Source: Acidimicrobiales bacterium (GTDB lineage: Bacteria > Actinomycetota > Acidimicrobiia > Acidimicrobiales > DATDAH01). From it: a stretch of DNA of 64,000 nt. The notes beneath the pieces were generated by a model, which ran no database searches, was not told the origin of the DNA, and was given only the letters and a program-made list of their open reading frames with translations. Shown piece by piece: positions 9,405 through 18,987 of the stretch. The stretch spans positions 282,241-346,240 of the forward strand of contig JBGAOY010000003.1 of the NCBI GenBank assembly GCA_044221555.1, written 5' to 3'. The translations under genes and the position numbers were made by a program. Each line of letters starts with the position of its first letter. The first letter of the stretch is position 1.

Positions 9405-10547
9405 TTACGGGCGGCCGTAGCCATAGATCGAGCCTGGATAGCCGATGCTCCGAACCGACACCACCGAGCCCGAGTTCAGCGCATCGACGATCTGGCCTCC
9501 GCCGATGTACATGGCGACGTGGTGGATGCCGGAGGCACTGGGCCCGTAGAAGACGAGGTCGCCTGGTTGTAGATCGCTCGCTGACACCCGTCGGGTCACC
9601 GAGTACTGCATGCGGGAACTGTGTGGGAGGGATCGCCCTGCTTGAGCCCATGCCCACATCATGAGTCCGGAACAGTCGAAACCGGTCGACGGACTGGCTC
9701 CACCCCATTGGTACGGGACGCCCCGCATGCTCATGGCGGCGTCGACGGCGCCCTGTGCGCCTGTGGTCGGTGGTGGGGGCGCGGGCGGATCGACCGGCGC
9801 GTTGCCGGTACCGCCGCTGCCAGACCCATCGGGGGCGTCCAACGGCGGCTGGTCGGCGGCCCGAGCCGGCGCCTGGCGAGCGGCGGCGTCGACGGCGGCC
9901 TGGCGCGCAGCGGCCTCTTGTTCACGCTGCTGATCGATGAGTTGCTGCAGCTCTGCGTCGATCTGCGACTGAAGTGCCACCTGCTCGTCGATGGCCTGCT
10001 GCGCTTCGTTGGCAGACTGGTCGATCTGTGCGACGAGGGTCTCGGCTGCTTGACGGTTGTCCTCGAGGTCCGTCACGCGATCGCTGACGTCTTGCTCCGT
10101 GGCGTCCAACTGTTCGATGAGCTGTGCGCGGTTACCGGTGACTGAGTCGAGGTAGCCGAGTCGGATGGGCATCTCCCGATCGTTGCGGCTGTCGATGGCG
10201 ACGGTGAGCGCAGACGTGTCGGTGCCCCCCAGATACGCCCGAACCGCGTACGTCTGGAGTTCAGAGCGACGTTGATCGCGCTGGCGGACGGTGTCGTCCA
10301 GTCGGGCCTGAGCCTGGCCGATGCGTTCCTGGACCTGTGTCAGCTCAGCTCGAGCCTCGTTGGCGCGGTCGCCCAGCCTCGAGTAGCGGGCGCCGAGCTC
10401 ATCGAGCCGGGCCGCAACTTCACGGGCCTCCGCACGTTTGTCATCGATCGGCGACTGACTCGACGCGGGCGTGGAGCTTCCAAGCGCCGTCCCGATGAGC
10501 ACGCTGACGATGACAGACGTGTACCACCGCGCCCGAGGCGTGTGCAT
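9405..10547 (-). CDS. Secreted coiled-coil NlpC/P60 peptidoglycan endopeptidase
   Basis: Signal peptide, coiled coil, PYQWGG...FDCSGL...HHVAMY. Confidence 0.92.
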   Translation of the reverse strand: MHTPRARWYTSVIVSVLIGTALGSSTPASSQSPIDDKRAEAREVAARLDELGARYSRLGDRANEARAELTQVQERIGQAQARLDDTVRQRDQRRSELQTYAVRAYLGGTDTSALTVAIDSRNDREMPIRLGYLDSVTGNRAQLIEQLDATEQDVSDRVTDLEDNRQAAETLVAQIDQSANEAQQAIDEQVALQSQIDAELQQLIDQQREQEAAARQAAVDAAARQAPARAADQPPLDAPDGSGSGGTGNAPVDPPAPPPPTTGAQGAVDAAMSMRGVPYQWGGASPSTGFDCSGLMMWAWAQAGRSLPHSSRMQYSVTRRVSASDLQPGDLVFYGPSASGIHHVAMYIGGGQIVDALNSGSVVSVRSIGYPGSIYGYGRP

Positions 10548-10675
10548 GAACGAGACTCCTCCCGGCGATGGTACGAACAGTGGTCGAACGGCCGTGTGCG
10601 CCGCGAATGCAGCCAGCGCCGGCTCTTTCGAAAGCTGAGCCCGGCGGGTTCACCCTAGAGAAACCTTACCGAATC

Positions 10676-10692
10676 TGCGACACGGTGTCGTA
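10676..10692. promoter_or_regulatory. BlaI-type operator upstream of NlpC/P60
   Basis: TGCGAC-ACGGT-GTCGTA; exact reverse complement of 11306-11322. Confidence 0.65.
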
Positions 10693-10818
10693 ATCCACCG
10701 CAGGACCCCGCACCCGCACACGCGAACCATGGTGGTGACTGTCGTTCCTGCCCGGTACTCACGTCGACGTAGCTTCCGCTGACACTCCAGTGCCACGGCT
10801 CGCTCGCCGGGTGGGCGG

Positions 10819-11241
10819 TCATCGACTGGTTGCGGATGTCGTCCTCGTGGACGGGTCCACGGAAGCGACCGTCGTCGGTGGCACCGTCGGCGTGACACCG
10901 GCGCTGCCTCCCCCCTCCCCGACCACGCAATCGGTGTAGATCGCCACGAGGTCATCCGGAAGCGACGCGTTCGGGTCGTCGGCCAGGCGCTGGTCGATGC
11001 GGGCGAATCGGTCGTACGGGATCTCCCGCTCGAAGCGCCGGTACGCACAACGGCATACCGGTCGAAGGCCGTCGCCTCCCTGTGCCACGCAGGTGTCCAC
11101 GAAGTTCCGTTCGACCTCAGCGTTGTAGTCGGTCGGCTTGGACGTCTTGCTGCAGGCGGCGAGCACGAGGGTGAGGACGACGAGCGCGGCCCATGCCCAC
11201 CTGGCTTGACCCGCCGATCGCCGTGGCTGCGGTTCGGACAC
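10819..11241 (-). CDS. Hypothetical Cys-containing lipoprotein
   Basis: LAAC lipobox, C...CRC, Thr/Pro tail. Confidence 0.7.
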   Translation of the reverse strand: MSEPQPRRSAGQARWAWAALVVLTLVLAACSKTSKPTDYNAEVERNFVDTCVAQGGDGLRPVCRCAYRRFEREIPYDRFARIDQRLADDPNASLPDDLVAIYTDCVVGEGGGSAGVTPTVPPTTVASVDPSTRTTSATSR

Positions 11242-11251
11242 GGCCGCAGAC

Positions 11252-11322
11252 TATTACAGCTTGTAGTGGCAGTGGCGACACCAGGTTCGGGACCAAGGAC
11301 CCTGGTACGACACCGTGTCGCA
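11252..11322. promoter_or_regulatory. Two BlaI-type operators in a divergent promoter region
   Basis: TATTAC-AGCTT-GTAGTG (11252) and TACGAC-ACCGT-GTCGCA (11306). Confidence 0.65.
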
Positions 11323-11360
11323 GTCGATGCTTGATGACAGACCGAGTGAAAGGGCCGATC

Positions 11361-11582
11361 ATGGACGCCAAGCACATCGTCAAGCACCACCTCCTCATTC
11401 CCGCCGCGGTGGTGGGCGTACTTCTCCTCGTCGGAGCACCGCTCAACGTCGCCGTGGTCGCCGGCATGATGACCGGCTGCCTCAGCATGGTGTTCATGAT
11501 GGGCAGCTCGTCGGATGACCATGCCCACACCGACGATCGGTCCGCATCGGATGCGGAACGGGTGCATCGGAGCGAGGGCTGA
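11361..11582 (+). CDS. DUF2933-like small membrane protein
   Basis: Two TM segments, GCLSMVFMMG, His-containing tail. Confidence 0.65.
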   Translation: MDAKHIVKHHLLIPAAVVGVLLLVGAPLNVAVVAGMMTGCLSMVFMMGSSSDDHAHTDDRSASDAERVHRSEG

Positions 11583-11587
11583 GCGGG

Positions 11588-12535
11588 GTGGCAGCGCACC
11601 ACGCACCCACCACCAACGTTCGGGCGCTCAAGATCAGCTCGCTGCTAATCTTCGTCTACTTCTTCGCCGAGATACTCGTAGCGCTCGTCACCGGCAGCCT
11701 TTCGTTGCTGGCGGACGCCGCGCACGAGCTGTCGACGGTCGTCGCCATCTCGATCTCACTGATCGCGATGCGCCTCGCTCGGCGCCCCGCCACCCCGCAA
11801 CGAACCTTCGGCTTGCTTCGTGCCGAGGCGCTCGCCGCACTCCTGAACGGGGCACTGCTCGTCGGGATGGCGGGCTTCATCATCATCAGAGGCATCCAAC
11901 GACTGGCCGACCCGGTGGAGATGGAGCCGGGTCCGATGTTCGCGATGGCCATCGGTGGCATCGGGCTCGAGATCGCCTCGCTCGCGATCATGTACCGCGG
12001 TCAGAAGGAGGACCTCAACATCCGAGCCTCCTTCTGGCATGTGATGAACGCGTTCCTCGGGAGCGTGGCCGTGATCATCGCCGCCACCTTCATCGCAGTG
12101 GCGGACATCTACGAGGCCGACACGTGGGCCGGGATGATCTTCGCCGTCGTGTTGCTCTACGCCGCGTACGGCATCGTCCGGGACGCCTTGCGGATCCTGG
12201 TCGACGCGACTCCCTCGGACACCGATCTCGAGCAGGTGGCGGCGGGCCTGGAAGCGATCCCGGGCGTCCGTTCAACTCACCATCTGCACTCGCGAGTCGT
12301 CACGGGTCGGCTCCGGACCTTCAGCGGGCACGTGGTCGTCGATTCGACGAGTGACGCCATGGAAGTGCTTGCTCAGGCCAAGGACCTGCTCGACACGACC
12401 TACGGGTTCTCGCTGTCAACCATCCAGATCGAGCCGCAGGGGTTCGCAGAAGGCGACCCCCCGAGCATCGAGTACCAGCGCCCCGCCGAAGTCAGCCTTC
12501 AAGGGCACCAGGACCATCGCCCGTCAGGCGCGTGA
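11588..12535 (+). CDS. Cation diffusion facilitator (CzcD-like)
   Basis: SLSLLADAAHE, TFGLLRAE, NIRASFWHV, TIQIEP. Confidence 0.9.
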   Translation: MAAHHAPTTNVRALKISSLLIFVYFFAEILVALVTGSLSLLADAAHELSTVVAISISLIAMRLARRPATPQRTFGLLRAEALAALLNGALLVGMAGFIIIRGIQRLADPVEMEPGPMFAMAIGGIGLEIASLAIMYRGQKEDLNIRASFWHVMNAFLGSVAVIIAATFIAVADIYEADTWAGMIFAVVLLYAAYGIVRDALRILVDATPSDTDLEQVAAGLEAIPGVRSTHHLHSRVVTGRLRTFSGHVVVDSTSDAMEVLAQAKDLLDTTYGFSLSTIQIEPQGFAEGDPPSIEYQRPAEVSLQGHQDHRPSGA

Positions 12536-12991
12536 GTGGATGATGAAGTCGGCGTTGCTCTGCTGATACAAGCTGAAGGCCATCAGCGCGACGGCGAGGA
12601 AGGTCCAGCCCCACCAGGCCGGACGTCGTACGTGCAGGTTCACCCACCACCCGGTCGCGAGGCCAGCGGCAAGGCGGACGACACCCAGCACTCCGACTGC
12701 CACCAGAGCGAGGCTCAACGGGTTGTAGCGCCAGGCGAGGGCGAAGTCGCCGCGGGCGGCGGCAGTGGTGCCGCGGGTGAGCCCGCACGTCGGCTCGACC
12801 CAGCCGAACGCATGCGTTGGCATCGGCGTGTCGAAGGGAAATCCCCCGATCAGGGCCAGCGCCGCCGCGGTGAGACCGCCGCCGATGGCCAGCACGGTCA
12901 GCCAGCGCATGCGATCGGTGGTCTCAACGTGGAGGACCCCTCGGCGGACCGACGGCTCACGGCGCGTGTCCATGCAGCCATCATCGCTCAC
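12524..12991 (-). CDS. DUF2752-like membrane protein
   Basis: PTCGLTR...AWRYNPL. Confidence 0.7.
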   Translation of the reverse strand: MSDDGCMDTRREPSVRRGVLHVETTDRMRWLTVLAIGGGLTAAALALIGGFPFDTPMPTHAFGWVEPTCGLTRGTTAAARGDFALAWRYNPLSLALVAVGVLGVVRLAAGLATGWWVNLHVRRPAWWGWTFLAVALMAFSLYQQSNADFIIHSRA

Positions 12992-13063
12992 GCTGGGGGG
13001 TGAACGACCGACAGGCTGTCGTAGGCCGGGACGGCCGTGCCGATCGAGCTATGGGAGTGCCCG

Positions 13064-14488
13064 ATGACAAGAGCGACCCAGCAGGCCTCGGACACGAACG
13101 GACGAAGTTTCCCAACCCGTGTTGCGGTTCTGGGAGCGGGCATTGCCGGGCTGGTTGCCGCCACCGAGCTGCGACGACGAGGCGTCGAGGTGGTCGTGTA
13201 CGAGGCGGGCGCCCGCGTCGCCGGCATGGCGGAGAGCCACCACGACCCCGACGGGTTCAGCTACGACACGGGCGCCCACTTCATCACGAACCGGCTCGCG
13301 GCGGCCATCGGCGTGGAGGATCGCTGTCGCACGGTCCGTCACTACGGCGAAGCGGTGTTTCTGGCGGACGGGTCGGTGGCGTCGTATCCGTTCGGCTTGT
13401 TGCGACGGGGCCGGTTCGTGGGATCAGCGATGGCCGCGAAGGTGGCGGGTTTGCGCGCCAGTCCGATTTCTCGGACGGCTACCGAGTTCTTCCGGGCTGA
13501 GTACGGCACGGCCATGGCTGACGATGTCGTGTTGCCGCTGATCGAGGCGTGGTCCGGGGCACCAGGCGATCGTCTTTCTGCTGCCGTCGGGCAGAAGATC
13601 CCGACCAGCATCGCGCAGACGATGTGGCTCAAGGCGGCGACGAGGGTGACCCGGCGCGCCGTCGCCATCGGCTACTGCGGGGAGATGCCACAGAGCATGC
13701 ACGTGTGGCACGTGTACCCCGAAGGCGGAGTCAGTCTGCTGTGCGAGACCCTTGCTGCCGATCTGGGCGACGCCGTGCACCTCAGCAGTCCCGTCGAACG
13801 AGTCATCGTGCAGGACGAGCGGGTGGTCGCCGTGGACGTCGGCGGCCAGCGTGAGGAGGTCGACGGGGTGGTGAGCACCGCGCCGATCAACGTGCTCCCG
13901 CGGCTCGTTGAGGGATCAGAGCGGCTCGAGCGGTTCTCCGCCTTTCGGTACCGGCCGATGGTGTTCGCGAACCTCCGCTTCGCCGGGCGCAACCTCCTCC
14001 CCGACGTGGTCATGTGGGTCCCCGATCGGGGCCAGCCCTTCTTCCGCCTCACCGAGGCTCCGATGTCGATGCCTTGGCTGGCACCAGAGGGCAAGACGAT
14101 GATCACCGCGGATCTCGGGACCACCGTCGGATCCGAGATCTGGGACATGGAGCCTGACGAGCTGGGCGAGCGCTGCCTGGATGCGATGGAGACGCTGGTA
14201 CCGGGGCTGCGCGACCGCTACTTGGGTTGCCGTGTCGTCAAGACCCCGATCGCGTACCCGGTCTTCTCGACCGACTATGAGGAGGCACGGGCAGACCTGG
14301 TCGCGAACGGCACCGGGGTGGAGGGACTGCTGAGCGTCGGTCGCAACGGCGAGTTCGACCACATCCTCATGGAGGACATCTACTGGCGCACGAAGCGGCG
14401 TATCGAGCGCTGGTTGGACCGACGCACGCCCGACAACGAGCAGCGCCCCGGACCATTGGCCACGGCTCAGATGGGTGGCCAGCCGTAG
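13064..14488 (+). CDS. FAD-dependent oxidoreductase (HemY/amine oxidase superfamily)
   Basis: VLGAGIAGL dinucleotide-binding motif, DTGAH, GRNGEF. Confidence 0.8.
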   Translation: MTRATQQASDTNGRSFPTRVAVLGAGIAGLVAATELRRRGVEVVVYEAGARVAGMAESHHDPDGFSYDTGAHFITNRLAAAIGVEDRCRTVRHYGEAVFLADGSVASYPFGLLRRGRFVGSAMAAKVAGLRASPISRTATEFFRAEYGTAMADDVVLPLIEAWSGAPGDRLSAAVGQKIPTSIAQTMWLKAATRVTRRAVAIGYCGEMPQSMHVWHVYPEGGVSLLCETLAADLGDAVHLSSPVERVIVQDERVVAVDVGGQREEVDGVVSTAPINVLPRLVEGSERLERFSAFRYRPMVFANLRFAGRNLLPDVVMWVPDRGQPFFRLTEAPMSMPWLAPEGKTMITADLGTTVGSEIWDMEPDELGERCLDAMETLVPGLRDRYLGCRVVKTPIAYPVFSTDYEEARADLVANGTGVEGLLSVGRNGEFDHILMEDIYWRTKRRIERWLDRRTPDNEQRPGPLATAQMGGQP

Positions 14489-15195
14489 CGAGCGAACCAG
14501 GTCTGGACGGGCAGTAAGACGCGATCCCAGGCGCCGGTGATGAAGGCCATGCCCACCGCGATCATCAGCACACCACCGGCGCGCTCCACGGCGCGGCCGT
14601 GGCGCCGGAACCAGGCGACCGATCCACTGAGGCGTTGGTAGCCCATTGCGATGAGCAGGAACGGGATGCCCAGGCCCAGGGAGTACAGCAGCAGCAGCAC
14701 CCCTCCGGCGGCGACCGACCCTGATGGCGCCGCCAGGGCAAGGATCGTGGCCAGCACGGGGCCGACGCACGGGGTCCACCCGAACGCGAAGGCCATCCCG
14801 AGGGGAAAGGCTCCCAGGGGCCCCGGTCGCACACGAGCAAGGTCGAGCCGGCGCTCCCGGTCGAGCCAGGGCAGCCGCAGCACGCCGAGCGCGGCGAGTC
14901 CAGTGACGATGATCAGCACCCCGCCGGCCCTGGTCAGCACGGGGAGCTGTCGGATGAGCGCGACGCCGATGGCCGACGCGGTCACCCCGAGCGCCGTGAA
15001 CACGGCGCTGAACCCGGCCACGAAGAGCAACGACGAACGCAACATCAGTCCACGCGAACGTCCCTCGATCGGCGCGGTCACCGGCAGCGCAGAGACGTAG
15101 GAGACGTAGCCGGGGATCAGGGGGAGCGCGCACGGGCTCGTGATCGACAGGAGCCCCGCCACGACCGCTGCGGCCGGCAGGAGGGGACCGCTCAT
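14467..15195 (-). CDS. ccdA: Cytochrome c biogenesis/thiol transporter CcdA
   Basis: SPCALPLIPGY and WTPCVGP. Confidence 0.9.
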   Translation of the reverse strand: MSGPLLPAAAVVAGLLSITSPCALPLIPGYVSYVSALPVTAPIEGRSRGLMLRSSLLFVAGFSAVFTALGVTASAIGVALIRQLPVLTRAGGVLIIVTGLAALGVLRLPWLDRERRLDLARVRPGPLGAFPLGMAFAFGWTPCVGPVLATILALAAPSGSVAAGGVLLLLYSLGLGIPFLLIAMGYQRLSGSVAWFRRHGRAVERAGGVLMIAVGMAFITGAWDRVLLPVQTWFARYGWPPI

Positions 15196-15922
15196 GGCCC
15201 GGATGGTGCAACGGGCCGAGGAGATGGCGGTGCGACCTGGAGGGGAGGACGGCGCAGGCACAGCCCCACGAATCCCCGGTCGCGACGACGGCGATGGCGA
15301 GCGACTCACGATGGGGGCGGGTGAGGCCGCCGCCGAGCGCCGGCAACCAGAAGCTGGCCACCGCCCGCACGAGGGCGAGCCCGGCCACCGAGCCGACGAC
15401 GACGTGCACCGGCGCGCGGTGACGCCACGGCCACGCTGCTGCGCCGACTGCTCCGACGGCCACCGCCATGAGCAACCCCATGGGCACTACTCGCTGCGTG
15501 AGGCCCGGTGGAACGAGCCCGACCGGCGAGGCAGGACCGAAACAGCCGTCGCGCAGCGCGCAGCCCGCCTCCCAGGTCGCGTAGCCCCACAGCGCCAACG
15601 GCGCACCACAGGCCAGGACGGTCCACAGGGACCGGCCGCTCTTGGCCGCCCTGACGGCGACGACGGCTGCGCCCGCAGTGGCGCCGGCCCAGAACTCGAC
15701 GCCGCCGCGCACGCTCAGCATGCTCCGCAGGTCGCCGAGACCCGTTGGGTCGTCGAACGCGACCGCGACGATCCTCGCGGTGGCCAGCCCTGCCGCGACC
15801 GCCCAGAACCCGATGTCGAGCACATAGGCGACGTCCTCGTCGTCGCGGCCGGCGCGCCTGGCGATCAGGAACGGGACGACCGCCGCGAGCAGGGCGCTGG
15901 AGGCGAAGCGCAGGTCGATCAC
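15192..15922 (-). pseudogene. Lgt-family membrane protein with a frameshift near 15275 (real or assembly error)
   Basis: GLATARIVAV and RGGVEFW resemble Lgt; shifting frame in the GGGG run restores a TM end and a TGA overlapping the ccdA ATG. Confidence 0.6.
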
Positions 15923-16422
15923 GACCGAAGCGCGTCCTCGAGCTGTGCCGCCAACGTCTGCTCGCTGACGCCGCCGACGTCGGCCGCCGTGATCGCGCCG
16001 TCCCGGTCGAACACGTAGGTGGTGGGGAAGGCCCGCATGCCGAGCGCGCGTCGGATGTCACCGGAGCTGTCCAGGAGGTTTGGATAGCTCAGGTCGTAGC
16101 GCTCCATGAACCCTTCGGCCGCGCCCCGGCTGTCTCGTGACGCGACCCCGATGAACACGACATCGTCGCCGTAGTCGTTGGCGGCGCGCTCGAGCAGTGG
16201 CGCCTCAGACTGGCACGGCGGGCACCACGACGCCCAGACGTTGACCACCACGGGGCGGCCGCGCACACCCATCAAGACCGCCTCGAAGTCTTCCTCCGAT
16301 GCGTCGGTGAGCTGGCCCCCCGGGGGCAGGGGCGCCGGCGGACCCGACGCCACGAAATCCGTCGCGGCGGAAGATGTGGCGCAGGCGGCGAGGGTCAGCG
16401 ACGTCAGCGCGGCCAGCGACAA
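15919..16422 (-). CDS. TlpA/ResA-like thioredoxin lipoprotein
   Basis: LAAC lipobox, NVWASWCPPC, FPTT. Confidence 0.9.
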   Translation of the reverse strand: MSLAALTSLTLAACATSSAATDFVASGPPAPLPPGGQLTDASEEDFEAVLMGVRGRPVVVNVWASWCPPCQSEAPLLERAANDYGDDVVFIGVASRDSRGAAEGFMERYDLSYPNLLDSSGDIRRALGMRAFPTTYVFDRDGAITAADVGGVSEQTLAAQLEDALRS

Positions 16423-16436
16423 CCCGATGAACCAAC

Positions 16437-16453
16437 TACGACGTACCGTAGGA
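16437..16453. promoter_or_regulatory. BlaI-type operator upstream of tlpA-lgt-ccdA
   Basis: TACGAC-GTACC-GTAGGA. Confidence 0.7.
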
Positions 16454-16539
16454 GTTTACCGCCAGATCAACGACGGGCTATCGTCGCCAAGCGACGCGAC
16501 CGGTTCAGTTCAGACTGACGAGAAGCGTCTCGAACGAGT

Positions 16540-17427
16540 TCAGAGCGGGCAGACGTGCCGTGCGAGCGCGAGCACGTGGTGAAACTCGATCGTCGACGCA
16601 GCTGTCGCCACCAGCAGCGCGGTGACGCTGACGATCACAGCGAGTTCGGCGCGCAAACCTGCGGGAGGCGGTCCCTCAAGGAGGGCGTCGACCCGAGCGG
16701 GAACTCCACTTCCGGTGATCCCGAGCGCGCCGGCGGGTGCGGGGGTCGATCTGGCGAGCGCGATCTTGATGATGGCGCGCGCGACGACCTTTCGGTCACC
16801 CACGGCGCGAGCGGACTCCTCGTCGGCCCAGCGCTCCGTCGCGAACTGCAGGCGTCTCGAAAGGGGTTTGAGCGGCGGGACCGCAGCTGCCGCGATGTCT
16901 CCGACACGCACGAACCGGTGATGGTTGTAGCGGAGGTGAGCCTGCTCGTGGGCGAGCATCGCCGCACGTTCCTGTGTGTCCAGCAGGTCGAGCGCGCCGC
17001 GCGAGACGACCACATGACCCGGCCGGCCCGGGACCGCGAACGCGATTGGCTCGGCATGCGGCAACACCCTTATCCCGGTGGCCGCCGGCAGTCCCGCCGT
17101 GGCAGCGCGGTGCCTCGCCACCGCTCGCATGGCACCGACGAGCGCCCAGATCAGCCCGGCACCAGCGGCAAGGCCGAGGGCGTCAGACCCATGCCGGTGG
17201 GCGATCAAGGCATGGCACCATCCGAGTGACTCGGCTACCCACTGGAATTGGGCGATCCAGCCCACCAACAGCAAGACCAATGCCCAGATCACGCCGAGGG
17301 CACAGACGACGAGCATCGCCGTCATCACCTGCACCGCATGCCTCGGCGGGAGCCGGCGCTGGATGGCGCCGGCGAGCACGCCACACGTCACGCTTGCGAC
17401 CAGCGGCGCGAAGAGCAGCGGAGTCAC
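16540..17427 (-). CDS. M56-family (BlaR1-like) membrane metalloprotease without a penicillin-sensor domain
   Basis: LAHEQAHL, ERWADE, four TM segments; overlaps the blaI-like stop codon. Confidence 0.88.
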   Translation of the reverse strand: MTPLLFAPLVASVTCGVLAGAIQRRLPPRHAVQVMTAMLVVCALGVIWALVLLLVGWIAQFQWVAESLGWCHALIAHRHGSDALGLAAGAGLIWALVGAMRAVARHRAATAGLPAATGIRVLPHAEPIAFAVPGRPGHVVVSRGALDLLDTQERAAMLAHEQAHLRYNHHRFVRVGDIAAAAVPPLKPLSRRLQFATERWADEESARAVGDRKVVARAIIKIALARSTPAPAGALGITGSGVPARVDALLEGPPPAGLRAELAVIVSVTALLVATAASTIEFHHVLALARHVCPL

Positions 17428-17789
17428 GCTGGATCGGATTCGAGTCCGTCGAGAATCTTGCGGAGCGCCGCGGCTTCGGCCGTTGAGAGCGTGTTCACGA
17501 ACCGCCCAAGTACCGCCTCACGATCATTCGCCGCGGCGAGCGCATCGGTCATCCGTCCGGCGCGCAGCTCAGCTTCGGTCACTGTCGGCCGGTACGCATA
17601 CGCGCGGCCTCGGCGCTCCCGTTCGACGAGGCCCTTTTTGAGGAGCCGGGTCTGGATCGTCATGACCGTGGTGTAGGCCAGATCTGTGTCGAGTGCAGCC
17701 AGGACCTCAGCGGGGGTCATGGCGTCCTCGCTAGCCCACATGACCTCCAGGACGTCGGACTCCAGAGATCCTTGCGGGCGGCGAACCAC
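17424..17789 (-). CDS. BlaI/MecI/CopY family repressor
   Basis: GSLESDVLEVMW...LAYTTVMTIQTRLLKKGLV...RAYAY; GTG start inferred. Confidence 0.92.
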   Translation of the reverse strand: MVRRPQGSLESDVLEVMWASEDAMTPAEVLAALDTDLAYTTVMTIQTRLLKKGLVERERRGRAYAYRPTVTEAELRAGRMTDALAAANDREAVLGRFVNTLSTAEAAALRKILDGLESDPA

Positions 17790-17899
17790 CGGCGCATCGT
17801 AGCGGTCGAAAGCGGCTGCCTGAATGCGCGAGTGCGTGCGATGCTCAACCGGGACCTGCTCAGTTTGTGGAGCTCGGTCGCCGTACAGTGGACTGCTGC

Positions 17900-17916
17900 T
17901 ACTACGTCCCGTCGTA
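17900..17916. promoter_or_regulatory. BlaI-type operator between blaI and the cupredoxin gene
   Basis: TACTAC-GTCCC-GTCGTA. Confidence 0.75.
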
Positions 17917-17929
17917 TCCAGGAGCCACC

Positions 17930-18469
17930 ATGAGCCCGTCCCGCCGAACCCTCGCCTCGATCTCCATCGTGGCCTTCGTCGCCGTCCTCGGCGCGTGCGG
18001 GTCCGACGAGGATGGCGGAGCCTCCAGCGCCGTCCTTGCCAATGGAGACCGAGTCGAGGTGGGGATGGCCGATCTCGGGTTCCATCCATCGACCTTCACG
18101 GTCCAGCGGGGCGCAACGGTGACGTTCGCCTTCGAGAACACCGACAGCATCGACCACGAGGCCCTGATCGGTGACGAGGCCGCGCAGGACGCGCACGAGG
18201 CAGAGATGGCTCACTCGGGCGGTGACATGACGGACAGCACCGACGACACGACAGCCACGACGGCCGCTGGCATGAGCGGGATGGAAGGGATGAACCACAA
18301 AGCTGGTGCATCCGACCCAGGCGAATCGGTGCTCGTGGCTCCTGGGGAGACTGCCGAGATCAGCTACACCTTCGACGAGGCTGGCACCCTGTTGCTCGGC
18401 TGCCACCAGCCTGGGCACTACGACGGCGGGATGAAGGCAACCATCACGGTGACAGCGTCTGACGATTGA
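17930..18469 (+). CDS. Cupredoxin lipoprotein with Met/His-rich insert
   Basis: LGAC lipobox; HE...CHQPGHYDGGM type-1 Cu ligands. Confidence 0.9.
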   Translation: MSPSRRTLASISIVAFVAVLGACGSDEDGGASSAVLANGDRVEVGMADLGFHPSTFTVQRGATVTFAFENTDSIDHEALIGDEAAQDAHEAEMAHSGGDMTDSTDDTTATTAAGMSGMEGMNHKAGASDPGESVLVAPGETAEISYTFDEAGTLLLGCHQPGHYDGGMKATITVTASDD

Positions 18470-18556
18470 TCGCCGCCAGAACCAGGTTCTGCATCATGTA
18501 GTAGGGAGTGGCGCCCTCTGATGGTCCGGGGTACCTCGGCCGCGCATCGGGATCGA

Positions 18557-18958
18557 TCAGCGCCCCAGTTGCTTCGCCACCTCTGCCCGGCTCGGCGGGT
18601 TGTCACGTTGACCCCACAACATCAGTGCGATGAGCAAGAGCACGGCACCCGCCGGGAAGCCCGCGACCAGGTCCTGAGCACTGGAGGGGAGGAACGAGCC
18701 GAGCAGGTCGAGCGAGTCCATGTGCTCGAGGAAGTGGTTGACGATCACGAGGATGCCGGCAACGGCGAGGACGGCCGCGACGGCCTTCTGGCGCCGCCTG
18801 CGGCGGAAGTGTTGTCTGAGGTATGCGGCCCACTCGTCGTCGCTGATGCCGCCGACGCGTGAGCTTCGGACCTTCCCACCTTCGCCAGCATCCGCCTTCG
18901 TCGACGGATTGCCGCCCGGGCGCTTCCGACGCTGCTTCGAGCCAGAACTCATCCCCAC
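18557..18958 (-). CDS. Hypothetical two-TM membrane protein
   Basis: Basic N-terminus, NHFLEH between TM segments; BlaI-type box at 18963-18979 directly upstream. Confidence 0.6.
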   Translation of the reverse strand: MGMSSGSKQRRKRPGGNPSTKADAGEGGKVRSSRVGGISDDEWAAYLRQHFRRRRRQKAVAAVLAVAGILVIVNHFLEHMDSLDLLGSFLPSSAQDLVAGFPAGAVLLLIALMLWGQRDNPPSRAEVAKQLGR

Positions 18959-18987
18959 AGACTACTACAGGACGTAGTTCAGTGGCA

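Noticed and set aside
10548-10700. c-di-AMP (ydaO) riboswitch, often found before actinobacterial NlpC/P60 genes
   Set aside because: Hallmark segments such as CCCGAACCCGTCAGCTAAC were not found
13916-15922. 668-aa ORF in the track
   Set aside because: Read-through caused by the frameshift; it overlaps ccdA out of frame
18487-18503. Extra BlaI-like box TTCTGC-ATCAT-GTAGTA
   Set aside because: Only one good half-site, and it lies between convergent gene ends
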